Assembly: GCA_965648905.1 (NCBI GenBank)
Contig: CBFGIT010000001.1
Coordinates: 1 to 64,000, forward strand
Direction of reading: 5' to 3'
Length of the DNA stretch: 64,000 nucleotides
Origin: a candidate division WOR-3 bacterium
Lineage (GTDB): Bacteria; Hydrothermota; Tepidihabitantia; Tepidihabitantales; Tepidihabitantaceae
Shown: one piece after another, positions 38,610 to 49,188 of the stretch
Layout: every line of letters begins with the position of its first letter
Position numbering within the stretch: position 1 is the stretch's first letter
Notes under the pieces: generated by a model
The model's input: only the letters and a program-made list of their open reading frames with translations
Told to the model about the DNA's origin: nothing
Database searches by the model: none
Translations under genes and position numbers: made by a program

Positions 38610-40039
38610 CCATCCTCCTTCTCGTCGCCATCCTCGGCCTGTATCAGCCCGAGCTGTGGCAGGTCTATCCTTCGATGGACGAGATTCGCTGCATCTCAAC
38701 CAGCCCCAGCCGCCTGTTTGTCGCCGTGCCTCAGGGTGTCTACATCCTCAACCGGTTTGACTACTCCTATGTCCGCTGCCTGAACCGCGCCGACGGCATC
38801 GACGGCGATGTGGAGCTCTGTGCCTGGAACCCGGGCCGCGGGAACCTGCTCGTCACCACGGCCGACCGCGTCTACGAGTACTCCGACGTTTCCGACCGGG
38901 TCAGTCAGCTCTTCCCGCCCTTTTCCGAAGTCCGTTCCATCGGCATTGCCGACGCGGCGTACTTTGATACCGACAAAGGGCTGTTCAGGAAACACCGCAC
39001 TCTACCCGAGTTCACCCCGGTCCAGAACTTGCCGCGTGAAGTCGCCTGGTACGGTGAGCGCGACACCTCCCGACCTCAGGACTATGTGTTTCTCAACCCC
39101 TACTTCGTCGCCGACGAGCACCTCAACCAATACACAATCTCCCAGGTCAGGCCTGACCCGGTGCGCCGCAAGCTCTTTGTCGTGGCACCGGGCTACGGGC
39201 TCCTGGTGTACAGCCTGTCTTCCGGAACTCGTGAAACACTCATTCGGCTTGGACCGGCTGACCGGGCGCGCAACTTCATCCGCTTTGACGGGCAGCTCTG
39301 GTTCCTGACCCCGAACCGCAGCACGGCGCTCGACCCGCTCGGGCATTGGCGCTACTTCCTCACCCGGCCCGGGGACCCACCCCAGACTGCATCCCGCCTC
39401 CTGCAGCGCGGCGTCACCGACCTCATCCGTAACGAACGCCTGTTCTGTGTTCTTTCTGAGTCCGGTCTGCCAGCTCTTGATTCCTCGAGTCATCCTCCTC
39501 TGCTCGTCGGTACCAGTGATGGCATCTATCGCCTTGACGGAAAAGGCAGACTCAGCTCCGTACTCAAGCTCAATCGACCGGTCTACGCGCTCGCCCGGCT
39601 TAGAGACTCGGTGCTTGTCGGCACTGATGTCGGTCTCTTTCTTCTTACCGGCGACTCTCTGCTCAGTATCACCGACCCGTTCGGCCGCTCTGACTGGGGC
39701 GTGTACGACATCGTGCAGAGCCGAGCCGGCCTCTTACTTGCCAACCTCGGCGGCGTCACGATGCGCGCGCCGGACGGAACGTGGCTGCGCCTTGTCCCAC
39801 CCGGTTTCGACCTGTCCCAGCCGGTTCGGGCCCTTGCCCAAGGCGGCCACTACCTGTTCGCGGGCACGCCTGCCGGCCTGCTCGCCTGCAACACCAAAGA
39901 CCAGTCCTGGACCGTGATTGACTCGAGTCTGGGTCTGCCCGCGCCGGACATCATCGGCCTCTCTGCCGACGACCACTATCTCTGGATTGCCTCGCCCGGC
40001 CTGCTCGCCCGCTTCGACTATACGAAAGCTCTCAAGTAG
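38606..40039 (+). CDS. Exported beta-propeller-like hypothetical protein (probable CTG start)
   Basis: Repeated VGT..G.Y/F.L blades; signal-like TILLLVAILG lies upstream of first ATG (38675). Confidence 0.65.
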   Translation: MTILLLVAILGLYQPELWQVYPSMDEIRCISTSPSRLFVAVPQGVYILNRFDYSYVRCLNRADGIDGDVELCAWNPGRGNLLVTTADRVYEYSDVSDRVSQLFPPFSEVRSIGIADAAYFDTDKGLFRKHRTLPEFTPVQNLPREVAWYGERDTSRPQDYVFLNPYFVADEHLNQYTISQVRPDPVRRKLFVVAPGYGLLVYSLSSGTRETLIRLGPADRARNFIRFDGQLWFLTPNRSTALDPLGHWRYFLTRPGDPPQTASRLLQRGVTDLIRNERLFCVLSESGLPALDSSSHPPLLVGTSDGIYRLDGKGRLSSVLKLNRPVYALARLRDSVLVGTDVGLFLLTGDSLLSITDPFGRSDWGVYDIVQSRAGLLLANLGGVTMRAPDGTWLRLVPPGFDLSQPVRALAQGGHYLFAGTPAGLLACNTKDQSWTVIDSSLGLPAPDIIGLSADDHYLWIASPGLLARFDYTKALK

Positions 40040-40133
40040 GTCCGGCTCCTGCTCGCCCTTCTACACCCTGACCTTTGGCTTGCGCGTCGGGCGCACCGTG
40101 TCCTCTGGTTCAATTTCGGATTCCGTGTGCGAC

Positions 40134-40162
40134 TTGAGCGCCACTCCCAACCCGAGTATAAT
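40134..40162 (+). promoter_or_regulatory. sigma70-like promoter
   Basis: TTGAGC-N17-TATAAT. Confidence 0.55.
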
Positions 40163-40277
40163 TATCTGCCAGTCCGCGGGGTGACACTGCGGCTGGCACG
40201 GCGCGTGCGCGAGCAGCAGCGCGGGGCTGCCGTAAGTCGCAGGCGCTCTGGGTCTGCATCCGCATCTGGAGTCTGTC

Positions 40278-43200
40278 ATGCCGAGAACCTTCTCCGCTTG
40301 GCTTGTCTGCACTGTCTGTTTTTCCTCGGCGCTCGCCTTGCCGGGCGCACGTTACCTGATAATCACCGCTGACGCTCTGGCCGGTGCGGTTCAGCCGCTG
40401 GCCGAGTGGAAGACGACAAAGGGAATGGCGGCAAGAGTCGTGCCGCTTTCCGAGGCCGGAACCACGCCCGCCGCAATCAAGGCATACATCCTCAACGCGT
40501 ATCAGAACTGGCCGGTTCGACCCGAGTTCGTGCTGCTGGTCGGCAGTCCGACCCTGGTACCAAGCTATCAGAGCTGGGATGACGGCTACTATGGGAACAT
40601 GGTCGGTAATCGGCTGGTCGAGTTGCCGGTCGGCCGTCTGCCTGCGGCGACCGCGCGCGAGTGCAGCACCATGGCCGCCAAAATCCTGGCCTATGAGAAC
40701 CCCGCACCCGGTGCTGATTCAACGTGGTATCTTAAGGGCACGACCGTGGTGCGCGAAGACGTGCCGCCTGATGCTTACTACATGGCCGACGCCCGGCTCG
40801 TGCACAACTGGTGGCTCGGTGCCGGTTACACCATGGTCGAGAGTCTGAGCAACGTCTACGGTGATTCCAGCACTGACGTCAATGCGGCCGGAAGTGAAGG
40901 TCGGGCCTTTGTGCTCTATCGCGGTCAGGCAACGGCAACCTGGTACACACCATTTCACCAGGTCACTTTTGGTAGCTGGACCAATGGCACCAAACTGCCA
41001 GTCATTGTCAGCGCGACCTGCTATACCGTGACCTTAGCACCGGGCGAGTCGTTCTACGGCGACCAGGCAGTGCGGGCCGGGACTCCGGCTGTGCCCGCGG
41101 GCGCAGTCGCATTCTTCGGCCCAAGCCGTGGTGCGAGCAGCGTGTCGCGCTACCGCAGCGCGGCCGCGCGCGGGTTCTTCCGCGCCCTGTTCGAGGAGAA
41201 CAGGTTCCGACTGGGCGACGCCTGTCTGCGCGGCAAGTTCGCGGTTGATTCGCTCTACGGCGACTCGGTCCGCTACATCGAGTGGAACCTGCTCGGCGAC
41301 CCGGAGCTGAACGTCTGGACCGGTGTACCGCGGCGACCGACTGTTGTTCACGACACGGCCGTGTCTAGAGACAGCACTGTTTTTCAGGTTGAAGTTCGGG
41401 CCTCGGGCGCACCGGTGGCCAATGCCCTGGTCTGCGTCGCCATGGACTCAACGGTCTACGAGTACGGTGAAACCGACGACGCCGGTCGGGTTCAGCTTGT
41501 CATCTGTCCGCTCCATTCCGGCAACCTGACTGTCACTGTGACCGGCCGGAACCTGAGGCCTTATCAAGGCACCTGCCGCGTGACCGGTCAGGACATTGCG
41601 TGCACCAGGGTTGTGGCGCCGGTCGGCGTGATTGACTCGGGCACGGTTGTTACTCCCGAATGTGAGCTGTTCAACGCCGGCAGCACAACAGAAACCTACC
41701 CGGTGCGGATGCGCTTTGGCGGCACGTATGACCAGACCGTGGTCGTGGTCGGACACCCGGCCGGAACGACGCGTCGGGTCCAGTTCGCGAGCTGGACCGC
41801 CCTGCGCCGGGGCACGTTTGCGGTCCGTTGCTCGTGTTCTTTGACCGGTGACCGGGACAGCACCAACAATCTCGCGGTTGACTCGGTCTCGGTCCGAGTC
41901 AGAGATGTTGGTGTCGCCGTGCTTGTTGCCCCGCGCGGCGGAGTTCTTGTCGGATTGCCAGTGGTACCGGCCTGTACGGTGCGTAACTACGGGACCAGTA
42001 CTGAAGACTACCAGGTGCGGATGACAATCGGTGCCGATTACTGCGAGTCGGTTGCAGTTGCCGGACACCCGGCCGGCACAAGCCAACTAGTCCAGTTTCC
42101 GACCTGGCTGGCCGGCCCGCCCGGCGCGCTGGCCGTGCGTTGCTCTACCGAGCTCGGGCCGGACCAGGTCAAGGCGAATGACTGGGCCACCGCCCTGATT
42201 GCGGTCGACTTCGTGGATGTGATGGTGAAGGCGGTACTGCGGCCCTTTCTCGTCGGCCGCGTCGGCCAGGTGGTCATTCCGCGTTTGCGCATCGGCAACT
42301 CCGGCGGTGCTGCCAGCGTCTGCGGCCTCAGAGTCGAGATCTATGACCCGGCCAACGTTCTGGTCTATGCTGCGGCCGACACCGGACTTGTGGTTGAACC
42401 GGCTGCGGTGCTGGAGCACGATTTTGCCCGGCCCTGGGTGCCGGCCGCAACCGGTGCCTATCGGATCGTCGCTTTCGTCAGCGCAATGGGCGATACCTGC
42501 CAGGCCAACGATACCCTGCGCTCAACCTGCACGGTTCGCACCGGCACAATCGGCTGGCAGTCCGGCCCGGCCCTTGTGTCGGGTGCCGGCCCGGTTGGTG
42601 CCGGTGGCTGGCTGGCCGGCGCCGAGGGCGACCTGCGCTTCTACGCAGCCAAGGGTAACCGCACCGCCGAGTTCTACTCCTTTGACCCAGTCAGCATTGC
42701 TTGGACCACTCGGCAGTCACTACCGGCCTTGCCGGACGGACAGCTTCCGGGAAAGGGAGCCGCCGGCTGTTCCGACGGTCAGGGCTGGGTCTATGCTGTC
42801 AAAGGCAACAATACCCTGAGCTTCTACCGATACCGGACCAGCGCCGACTCCTGGCAGACACGAGCCGACGTGCCGCTGGGTACCTACCGGAAAAAAGTCA
42901 AGGCCGGAACCGACCTGGTGTTTGCTCCTGGGCCGGACTCGTCCGGGCCCGGCTCTGTCTACCTGCTCAAAGGGCCGAAGGATGAGTTCTATCGCTACGA
43001 CCCGGGCCGCGACGCCTGGCAGACACTCGCCTCACCCCCGGCTGGCCGGGCTCCGAAGTGGAACCTCGGGTCCTGGCTGGTCTCTGACGGCGACAGCCTG
43101 ATCTACGCGCACAAGGCCAAGTACCACGACTTCTGTGTCTACAACCTGAAGAACAATACGTGGAGCAGCAAACCCTCGGGCATGCCGCTGGTCAGCCGGA

Positions 43201-43799
43201 TTACGGGCAAGAGCAAGGAATCCAAGGACGGCGGCTGCGCAACGTGGTTCGAGTCGAGCATCTATGCGCTCAAAGGCGGCAGCACCCAGGAGTTCTGGCA
43301 GTACACGCCGCGTTCCGACTCCTGGCATGAGCTTGACACCATGCCTCAGGTCGGCACAGGCGGCAAGAAGAAGAAAGTCAAGGCCGGGGCTGACATCGTC
43401 GGATTGGGTGGAGTCCTCTACGCCCTCAAGGGCAACAAGACTCTCGAGTTCTGGCAGTACGTGCCGCAGACGCTGGACGCGGTACGCTTGACGCCCGACG
43501 CCGGCGGGGTGGTAACAAACGTGATGCGTGACGCGTCTGATTTCGTGCGTCTGTCACCCAACCCGCTGCGCACCGGCTGCACGACACTGAGGCTGAGTCA
43601 ACGGCTGACCCAGTATTCCGATGGTCCGCTAGAGGTCAGTATCATTGACGTCTCCGGTCGTCTCGTTTTCCGTTCGTCATTCGCCACTCGGACTTCGTCA
43701 TTGCCTCTTGACCTGCGTGGTTTGAGCGCCGGCGTCTACGCCGTGCGTCTGTCCAGCGGCAGCAACTCGGTGACAAGGAAGCTCGTGGTCCAGCACTGA
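40278..43799 (+). CDS. C25 (gingipain-like) cysteine peptidase family protein with CARDB, Kelch-like propeller and T9SS-type C-terminal domain
   Basis: YLIIT...PLA.WK..KG, VLLVG, VGRLP, ATC, NLLGDP; repeated YA.KG..T.EF; LSPNP...DVSGR...LSAGVY. Confidence 0.85.
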   Translation: MPRTFSAWLVCTVCFSSALALPGARYLIITADALAGAVQPLAEWKTTKGMAARVVPLSEAGTTPAAIKAYILNAYQNWPVRPEFVLLVGSPTLVPSYQSWDDGYYGNMVGNRLVELPVGRLPAATARECSTMAAKILAYENPAPGADSTWYLKGTTVVREDVPPDAYYMADARLVHNWWLGAGYTMVESLSNVYGDSSTDVNAAGSEGRAFVLYRGQATATWYTPFHQVTFGSWTNGTKLPVIVSATCYTVTLAPGESFYGDQAVRAGTPAVPAGAVAFFGPSRGASSVSRYRSAAARGFFRALFEENRFRLGDACLRGKFAVDSLYGDSVRYIEWNLLGDPELNVWTGVPRRPTVVHDTAVSRDSTVFQVEVRASGAPVANALVCVAMDSTVYEYGETDDAGRVQLVICPLHSGNLTVTVTGRNLRPYQGTCRVTGQDIACTRVVAPVGVIDSGTVVTPECELFNAGSTTETYPVRMRFGGTYDQTVVVVGHPAGTTRRVQFASWTALRRGTFAVRCSCSLTGDRDSTNNLAVDSVSVRVRDVGVAVLVAPRGGVLVGLPVVPACTVRNYGTSTEDYQVRMTIGADYCESVAVAGHPAGTSQLVQFPTWLAGPPGALAVRCSTELGPDQVKANDWATALIAVDFVDVMVKAVLRPFLVGRVGQVVIPRLRIGNSGGAASVCGLRVEIYDPANVLVYAAADTGLVVEPAAVLEHDFARPWVPAATGAYRIVAFVSAMGDTCQANDTLRSTCTVRTGTIGWQSGPALVSGAGPVGAGGWLAGAEGDLRFYAAKGNRTAEFYSFDPVSIAWTTRQSLPALPDGQLPGKGAAGCSDGQGWVYAVKGNNTLSFYRYRTSADSWQTRADVPLGTYRKKVKAGTDLVFAPGPDSSGPGSVYLLKGPKDEFYRYDPGRDAWQTLASPPAGRAPKWNLGSWLVSDGDSLIYAHKAKYHDFCVYNLKNNTWSSKPSGMPLVSRITGKSKESKDGGCATWFESSIYALKGGSTQEFWQYTPRSDSWHELDTMPQVGTGGKKKKVKAGADIVGLGGVLYALKGNKTLEFWQYVPQTLDAVRLTPDAGGVVTNVMRDASDFVRLSPNPLRTGCTTLRLSQRLTQYSDGPLEVSIIDVSGRLVFRSSFATRTSSLPLDLRGLSAGVYAVRLSSGSNSVTRKLVVQH

Positions 43800-43850
43800 C
43801 CCCGGACTGCCGGTTGCTCACGCCGGACCGAGGTCAGGGCGGCGCTTCGC

Positions 43851-45569
43851 TCAGCGGGTCAGTCGGCCGAATGTGGCAGGGTCGTGTTCGAACGGCACCT
43901 GCCAGACCGCGATGTCGTTGAGCCGGGACTGGAATCGAACCGCGTTCGCCGCCCAGTCTTTGCCGACCGGACCGAACTCAGCGAGCGGACAGGAGAGCTC
44001 GGCAGTCCAGAAGTCCTTGTCCCGGTGCGTAACGACGCACCAGTTGCCGTCCCACCCGTAGTCCTTCCTGCTTTGACTTCCTTGCATGACGCAGCGGCGG
44101 TCCGCGATTGCGCCCGCGGCATTGACGAACAACTGGTAGTACTCACGGTCTGACCCGAAGCTGAGTACGAGGTTGACGTGGTCATCATCGCTCACCCGGC
44201 TGTCGCGCTCGGTGGCGGTGGTTCTGATACGGGCGGTATCTGATTCCTGACACCGGATTGCCATAAAGAGCAGACTGTCATCCGCGCCGAGCCAGACTTC
44301 GACCGGCTCGATGGCCCGGCGTGCCCCAGTTCTTGCGCCGAAGCCGCGCAGGGACGCAGGAGTCTGCCAGCAGGGGTCGTCGAGCCTGCCGTCAAGCAAA
44401 GGGCGTGCACATACCTGAATCAGCCGGGCCTCGCGCCGGACCGGCAGGCAGGCGCTCAGTTCGGTTCGCCTCCCCGGCAGGTACTCAAACGGCATGGTGT
44501 ACCAAGGGAGCGGGTAGGTAATGTCCGACCCGGGCAGGCTGAGCAGAAATGATTGGCTGAGACTGGCGTGGGGTGCCAGAGCAAAGCCCATCCGGCCAGG
44601 AAGGACCTTCCAGGCGCTCGCTGAGTCGTGCCAGACAAACTCGCCCGATGCATGCGCTGCCGTCAAGTTGCGAAGCGTTACCTGCGCGGATGTCGACAGG
44701 CGGTCAGCCTCGGGCACACTCAGACGCTCGATCGTCACAACCTCGCGCCGGGCCTGGTCTAGTGCCTGAACTGCTTCCCATGTCACGACGCTTGCTGGGA
44801 GTGGTGCGTAGCGGCCCGGCTCGCGCACCGTGATGGTCACGGTGTCACCGTTGATGCGGCACCAGAGGTAGTTCTGGAACCCACCCTGTTCCCGATTGTC
44901 GAATCGCTTGGTGCGGCTGCCGGACGGCCCGACCTGGATGTATCGGATGCTGTCCTGAGTGTGGGTGCAGTAGAAATGGTCGTGGCCGGTGAAGACGTAG
45001 TCAACACCGTAGCGCAAGAACAAGTCATGCATCGCGTCAGGTTGTCCGGTCTCAAGCGCATGTCGCCACCAGGGCCGGTGCATCAGGACGAACGTGTGCC
45101 GGCTGCGGCGGGCCCGGGCAAGCTCGGATTCAAGCCCGCGCAGCTCAGAACCGGGCATGGATTCAAATGCGGGCCAGCGGCTGTTGTCAACAACGACGAA
45201 GCTGGCGTTACCGAGGCGAATGGTTCGCCGCCGCGGCCCGACCCGTCGAGCAAAGACCGTCTCGCTCGCCGCATCAAAGATGTCGTGGTTGCCCGGGCAG
45301 GCGTAGAACGGCACCCCGACCGAGCGGACCAGACCAAGCACCGAATCCCACTCCTGATTGAGCGCAACCCCATCCTTGGTGTAGCCTTCAATCAGGTCTC
45401 CAACGCTGAGAACGAAGTCCGGGCCAAGCAGTTTGACCTCGTCGAGTATCTGAGCAAAAACCCTGGGCCGGGCACTGCCGGTTCGGTCGCCGAGCACGGC
45501 AAAGGTGAGTGGAGCTGCAGCGAGGGACCAGCCGCAGGTCAATAGGAGCAGTGCGCTGCGTTTGGGCAC
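43851..45569 (-). CDS. Secreted metallophosphoesterase with C-terminal CBM9-like domain
   Basis: FAVLGD, VGDL, PGNHD, MHRP, GHDH; LDGRLDD..W, WTAE...P. Confidence 0.8.
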   Translation of the reverse strand: MPKRSALLLLTCGWSLAAAPLTFAVLGDRTGSARPRVFAQILDEVKLLGPDFVLSVGDLIEGYTKDGVALNQEWDSVLGLVRSVGVPFYACPGNHDIFDAASETVFARRVGPRRRTIRLGNASFVVVDNSRWPAFESMPGSELRGLESELARARRSRHTFVLMHRPWWRHALETGQPDAMHDLFLRYGVDYVFTGHDHFYCTHTQDSIRYIQVGPSGSRTKRFDNREQGGFQNYLWCRINGDTVTITVREPGRYAPLPASVVTWEAVQALDQARREVVTIERLSVPEADRLSTSAQVTLRNLTAAHASGEFVWHDSASAWKVLPGRMGFALAPHASLSQSFLLSLPGSDITYPLPWYTMPFEYLPGRRTELSACLPVRREARLIQVCARPLLDGRLDDPCWQTPASLRGFGARTGARRAIEPVEVWLGADDSLLFMAIRCQESDTARIRTTATERDSRVSDDDHVNLVLSFGSDREYYQLFVNAAGAIADRRCVMQGSQSRKDYGWDGNWCVVTHRDKDFWTAELSCPLAEFGPVGKDWAANAVRFQSRLNDIAVWQVPFEHDPATFGRLTR

Positions 45570-45575
45570 AGGCGG

Positions 45576-46220
45576 TCAGGGGACGATGACATGCACGGTG
45601 CGGGACACAGACCAGTCGCCGAAACCGTGCGCCTCGTCTCGTACCCGCACCCGGACCTGATATGCACCCGGTTCGCGCCAGACATGGACTGCCCGACAAA
45701 TTGCGCCCGAGGCATAGCCGGCCGCAACATAGGTCTCGCCATCACCCCAGTCGAACTCATAGGTGACAAGGTCGGATTCAGGGTCAGTGACCGTGGCTGA
45801 GTACTCGGTGATTGTGTCAAGAAACGTCGTGTCCGGGCCGAGCACACGCCCGGGCGTGCCCGGAGCGGAATTGATGACCGTGACGGTCAGTGCTTCAGAC
45901 CAGTCTGAGAGCCGGCCCGTGTTGTCGAGCGCCCGGGCACGCACTGGAAAGCAGCCCGTGTCAGCCCAGGCGTGGTCGAACCAGACCGTGTCGCCCGAGC
46001 GTACTGCCGGGCCGGTATCCACCGTGCCGTCACCCCAATGGCAGAGATACTGCACCCGCTCCGGTCTCTCGCTTTGCCCCGTGATTCGAAACCGGCCCAG
46101 TGCCCGCTGACCCAGGGTGTCGGGCCCGACCGGCCGGTAAGGCATGCTCGGCAGCCTGGTCTGGCAAGAGGGCAGGAGCGCTGCCCAGATGAGCAGCGCT
46201 CCTGCAACTAGCTGACGCAA
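45576..46220 (-). CDS. PKD-like domain lipoprotein
   Basis: Lipobox-like LPSC; two WGDG...H.W...G...VR.R..D..G..DWS repeats. Confidence 0.7.
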   Translation of the reverse strand: MRQLVAGALLIWAALLPSCQTRLPSMPYRPVGPDTLGQRALGRFRITGQSERPERVQYLCHWGDGTVDTGPAVRSGDTVWFDHAWADTGCFPVRARALDNTGRLSDWSEALTVTVINSAPGTPGRVLGPDTTFLDTITEYSATVTDPESDLVTYEFDWGDGETYVAAGYASGAICRAVHVWREPGAYQVRVRVRDEAHGFGDWSVSRTVHVIVP

Positions 46221-46232
46221 GCGAACCCGCGC

Positions 46233-48380
46233 CTAGCGCCGGCCTCCGTACTTGCCGGTATGGCGGACGTCGTGCCGGAACATCGGCCACGGGGTCGTTG
46301 CCAGACCTTGGTTGAGTCGGCCGGCAATCGCAAAGATGCCGGATGAGGCCGAGATGTAGATGATACCGTACTGGTCAACCATTGCCGACGGTTGGCCGTC
46401 AAAACCCAGCCGCCGCGGTTGCGGGGTCTTACCGTTCCGGCGCATCATCGCAGGAACAACCAGGTCGAGCGCCCAGCGCTGGGTACCATCGGAGTTGATG
46501 GCCCGCAGGGTGTCGGCGTCGTCGGCCACGTAGAAGACGCCGTCGAGGCAAAGGCACGGCGTCGAGCTGATTGACCAACTGCTGATTGTCGCCGGCCAGC
46601 CGGGCACGGTGTCGTGCGTTGCCGGGTCAATCCGGTACAGCCTGCCGTCGTCCGCGGCAAAGTAGACGTGACCATCGGTGCCGAAGATGGGTGAAGATGA
46701 AATCGGGGTGCGCGGGCTGGGTGGATTCCACGGAATCTCAAAGCTCCAGAGAACCTGGCCATCCTTGATGGCGTGCAACCGTCCGGCCTCGGTTCCGACA
46801 TAGATGGTGCCGTCGGTCCAGACCGCGGGCGAGGAAACGACCCCGGCCGAATCGCCGGTCCAGACAGTCCAGTTCTCATCGCCGTTCGCCGTGAACGAAT
46901 AGACATAGCCCGAGTCGTCACAGACGACGATGTTGCCCGAGGGGTCCATGACCGGCGAGGAGATAAGCTCGCTGCGCAGGGTCTTGCTCCACGGCTCGGT
47001 CCAGCTCGAACCGTTGTCAATCACCTTGTGGAGCTTCTTGTCTTCACCGCCGAAGTAGACCGCATTGCCGTCAACCAAGGGCGAGGTCGCAACGTCGTCG
47101 CCGGTCAGGGCCGTGGCCGGCCAGTGCCAGATGGTGTCTCCGGCCGGGCCAAAGGCATAAAGCGCGCCGTCGCCGCAGCCGGCGTAGAACCGACCGTTGG
47201 CACCGACCGCGGGCGAGGAGCTGAACGCATCCGGGTCGGCCGTGGTCCACTCGTTGAGCAGCTCGGACTGGTAGGCATCGAAGAAGTACATCTTGCCTTC
47301 GTCGCTGCCGCAGACTATGCCCGGCCAGGTGCCGCCGTGGGCGTTGAGGGTAGTCAATGCCGGCGAGGCGAAGAACGCATCGTCCAGGGCCCAGATAATC
47401 TGGCCTTCATCAACGATGATGAGCGTATCGACCGCCGGGTTCTGAACCGCGGCGCCGAGTTGGTCGACCGCCCGCACCCGGTACTCATACGCGCCCGGCG
47501 CGCCGGTCGGCAGCCACTGCGCAACCGCGTAGGCACCCGATGCGGTAAGCGGCGAGACGACCGAGTCGCCGGTCGGGAAGTAGAACGTGTAGCGGATGCT
47601 GTCACCCTGCAGGTCGGTTGCCTGGGCGTAGAACCGGTAGGTCGGGCCGTTGGCGATGCCGCGGCGCGGATTGGCGCTGCGGACGAACCCGAGGTTAATC
47701 GGCGGAGTGTTCACCGCGTCGATGTAGATGCTCTCCGGTTCAGACCAGGCCGACGTATCGCCGGCCGGGTCGATCGCCATACAATAGACCTTCTTGCTGC
47801 CCCGTATGCTGTAGCGTATGGAATCGCGGGCTTCGGCGCCGCTGCGCACCAGCCGGGTGGTAGTAACCATCCCATCACCCCAGTAGAACTTGATGCGCAC
47901 CGAGTCGCCATCCGGGTCGGTCGCCGAGGCCCGGGCATAGACCAGCGAGTCGATCCAGAACTTGCCGCTCAGCGCCGGCTTGGTCGGCCGGTTCGGCGGT
48001 TCGTTCACGCCCGGCGTGGTATCGCCGACCACGCGCACCGTGCACGGGTCAGACCAGTCCGCCGACCAGTTGCCCTTGGCGTCCTTGGCTTTGACGCGAA
48101 TGGCGTAGTAGCCGGCTTCAGTCCAGGCGTGGGTCTTGCTCATTGTGTCGCCGGACTTGATGAGGTCGCTCGTATCAAACGAGCCGTCTTTCCAGTCGAA
48201 CACGTAGAGAATGTCATCCTTGTTCGGGTCGGTCGTCACCGACTTGTAGGTGGCGCTGTCGTCAACCTGAACAAGCACCGGCCCAATTGGCTTGGCCGGA
48301 ATGCGAGGCGGCTTGTTCTTGCAACCGGTGAGTGCAACCAGGGCCACAAGGACAAGCACGACGGCAAGGCTTCTGCGCAT
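46233..48380 (-). CDS. Lipoprotein with PKD-like repeats and PQQ-like beta-propeller
   Basis: GGAGG RBS; LTGC lipobox; DP.GD...F.WGDG repeats; SSP...DG.IYVG...G.L.A repeats; WPMFRHD..HTG. Confidence 0.8.
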   Translation of the reverse strand: MRRSLAVVLVLVALVALTGCKNKPPRIPAKPIGPVLVQVDDSATYKSVTTDPNKDDILYVFDWKDGSFDTSDLIKSGDTMSKTHAWTEAGYYAIRVKAKDAKGNWSADWSDPCTVRVVGDTTPGVNEPPNRPTKPALSGKFWIDSLVYARASATDPDGDSVRIKFYWGDGMVTTTRLVRSGAEARDSIRYSIRGSKKVYCMAIDPAGDTSAWSEPESIYIDAVNTPPINLGFVRSANPRRGIANGPTYRFYAQATDLQGDSIRYTFYFPTGDSVVSPLTASGAYAVAQWLPTGAPGAYEYRVRAVDQLGAAVQNPAVDTLIIVDEGQIIWALDDAFFASPALTTLNAHGGTWPGIVCGSDEGKMYFFDAYQSELLNEWTTADPDAFSSSPAVGANGRFYAGCGDGALYAFGPAGDTIWHWPATALTGDDVATSPLVDGNAVYFGGEDKKLHKVIDNGSSWTEPWSKTLRSELISSPVMDPSGNIVVCDDSGYVYSFTANGDENWTVWTGDSAGVVSSPAVWTDGTIYVGTEAGRLHAIKDGQVLWSFEIPWNPPSPRTPISSSPIFGTDGHVYFAADDGRLYRIDPATHDTVPGWPATISSWSISSTPCLCLDGVFYVADDADTLRAINSDGTQRWALDLVVPAMMRRNGKTPQPRRLGFDGQPSAMVDQYGIIYISASSGIFAIAGRLNQGLATTPWPMFRHDVRHTGKYGGRR

Positions 48381-48469
48381 ACGTCCTCCAGATTTGATGC
48401 TTACAGGTGCCAATTTGATATAGAACATACCCAATCGTCCACCGGAGTCAATAGCGACCGAGGCCCGGA

Positions 48470-49093
48470 TTACGGGGCTACCAGCTCAACGCTCTCAATC
48501 CGCTCCCACACCCGGCCGTCACGGGTGCGCGTGCGTCGGTGTTCCCACCTGACCGGACCGCGCTCAGGCGCGAACCAGATAGAACCGGGCCAGGCTTCTT
48601 CCGCGGTGTGAACTAGGACTCTGAGGCAGTCGGCGAACCTGCCGGCCGGGACCAAAACGGTCTGGCGGCCCACGACCTCGAAAAGCTGCTCGCGCCGGGC
48701 GTTGCCGAACCATGCCCGACCCGACCGGGGCCGCGCCGCCAAGAGCAGAATCCAGTCCGCATCGGCCGAGCCGAAGTCGGTGACAAGCCAGGGCAGGAGC
48801 AGGAAGACACCGGCCGGACGTCGCTGGAAGAAAAGAGTGTAGAGCTGGGTCGGGCCGCGACTGATTTCCATGACAAAGTAGTGGCCGAGCTGCTGCTCGT
48901 TTCGTTCCGCGACAATCTGTGCTGCACCAGGCAAACGTGAGACCTCGACCGTCTCACCATCGGCGACCTCGCAGGCCCGGAACAGCAGCTCCCAGTGCGA
49001 GTTGCGGGTGAGCGGGAAGTAGTCAGGCTGCCGGCAACCAGGGCCCGTGAGCACGACCGAAAACAGGACGGCCAGACGAGCACCGCAACTCAC
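48470..49093 (-). CDS. Hypothetical lipoprotein
   Basis: GC lipobox, DYFPL...W, V.VPAG.F.DC, W.A...G.V. Confidence 0.65.
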   Translation of the reverse strand: MSCGARLAVLFSVVLTGPGCRQPDYFPLTRNSHWELLFRACEVADGETVEVSRLPGAAQIVAERNEQQLGHYFVMEISRGPTQLYTLFFQRRPAGVFLLLPWLVTDFGSADADWILLLAARPRSGRAWFGNARREQLFEVVGRQTVLVPAGRFADCLRVLVHTAEEAWPGSIWFAPERGPVRWEHRRTRTRDGRVWERIESVELVAP

Positions 49094-49099
49094 AGACAG

Positions 49100-49128
49100 A
49101 GCCTAAGCCGCCGCGGTACAGGAGTCAA
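49100..49128 (-). promoter_or_regulatory. sigma70-like promoter, leaderless
   Basis: TTGACT-N17-TAGGCT, GTG 6 nt downstream. Confidence 0.6.
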
Positions 49129-49188
49129 CACCGCCGGAAGCAACGCAAGTGTTCCTTGACTTGGCCCGGGCCGCGGGTTGAATTAGAC

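Noticed and set aside
46773..48611. Long antisense ORFs (also 8561-10129, 15713-16993, 18065-19279)
   Set aside because: Shadows of real genes in GC-rich DNA
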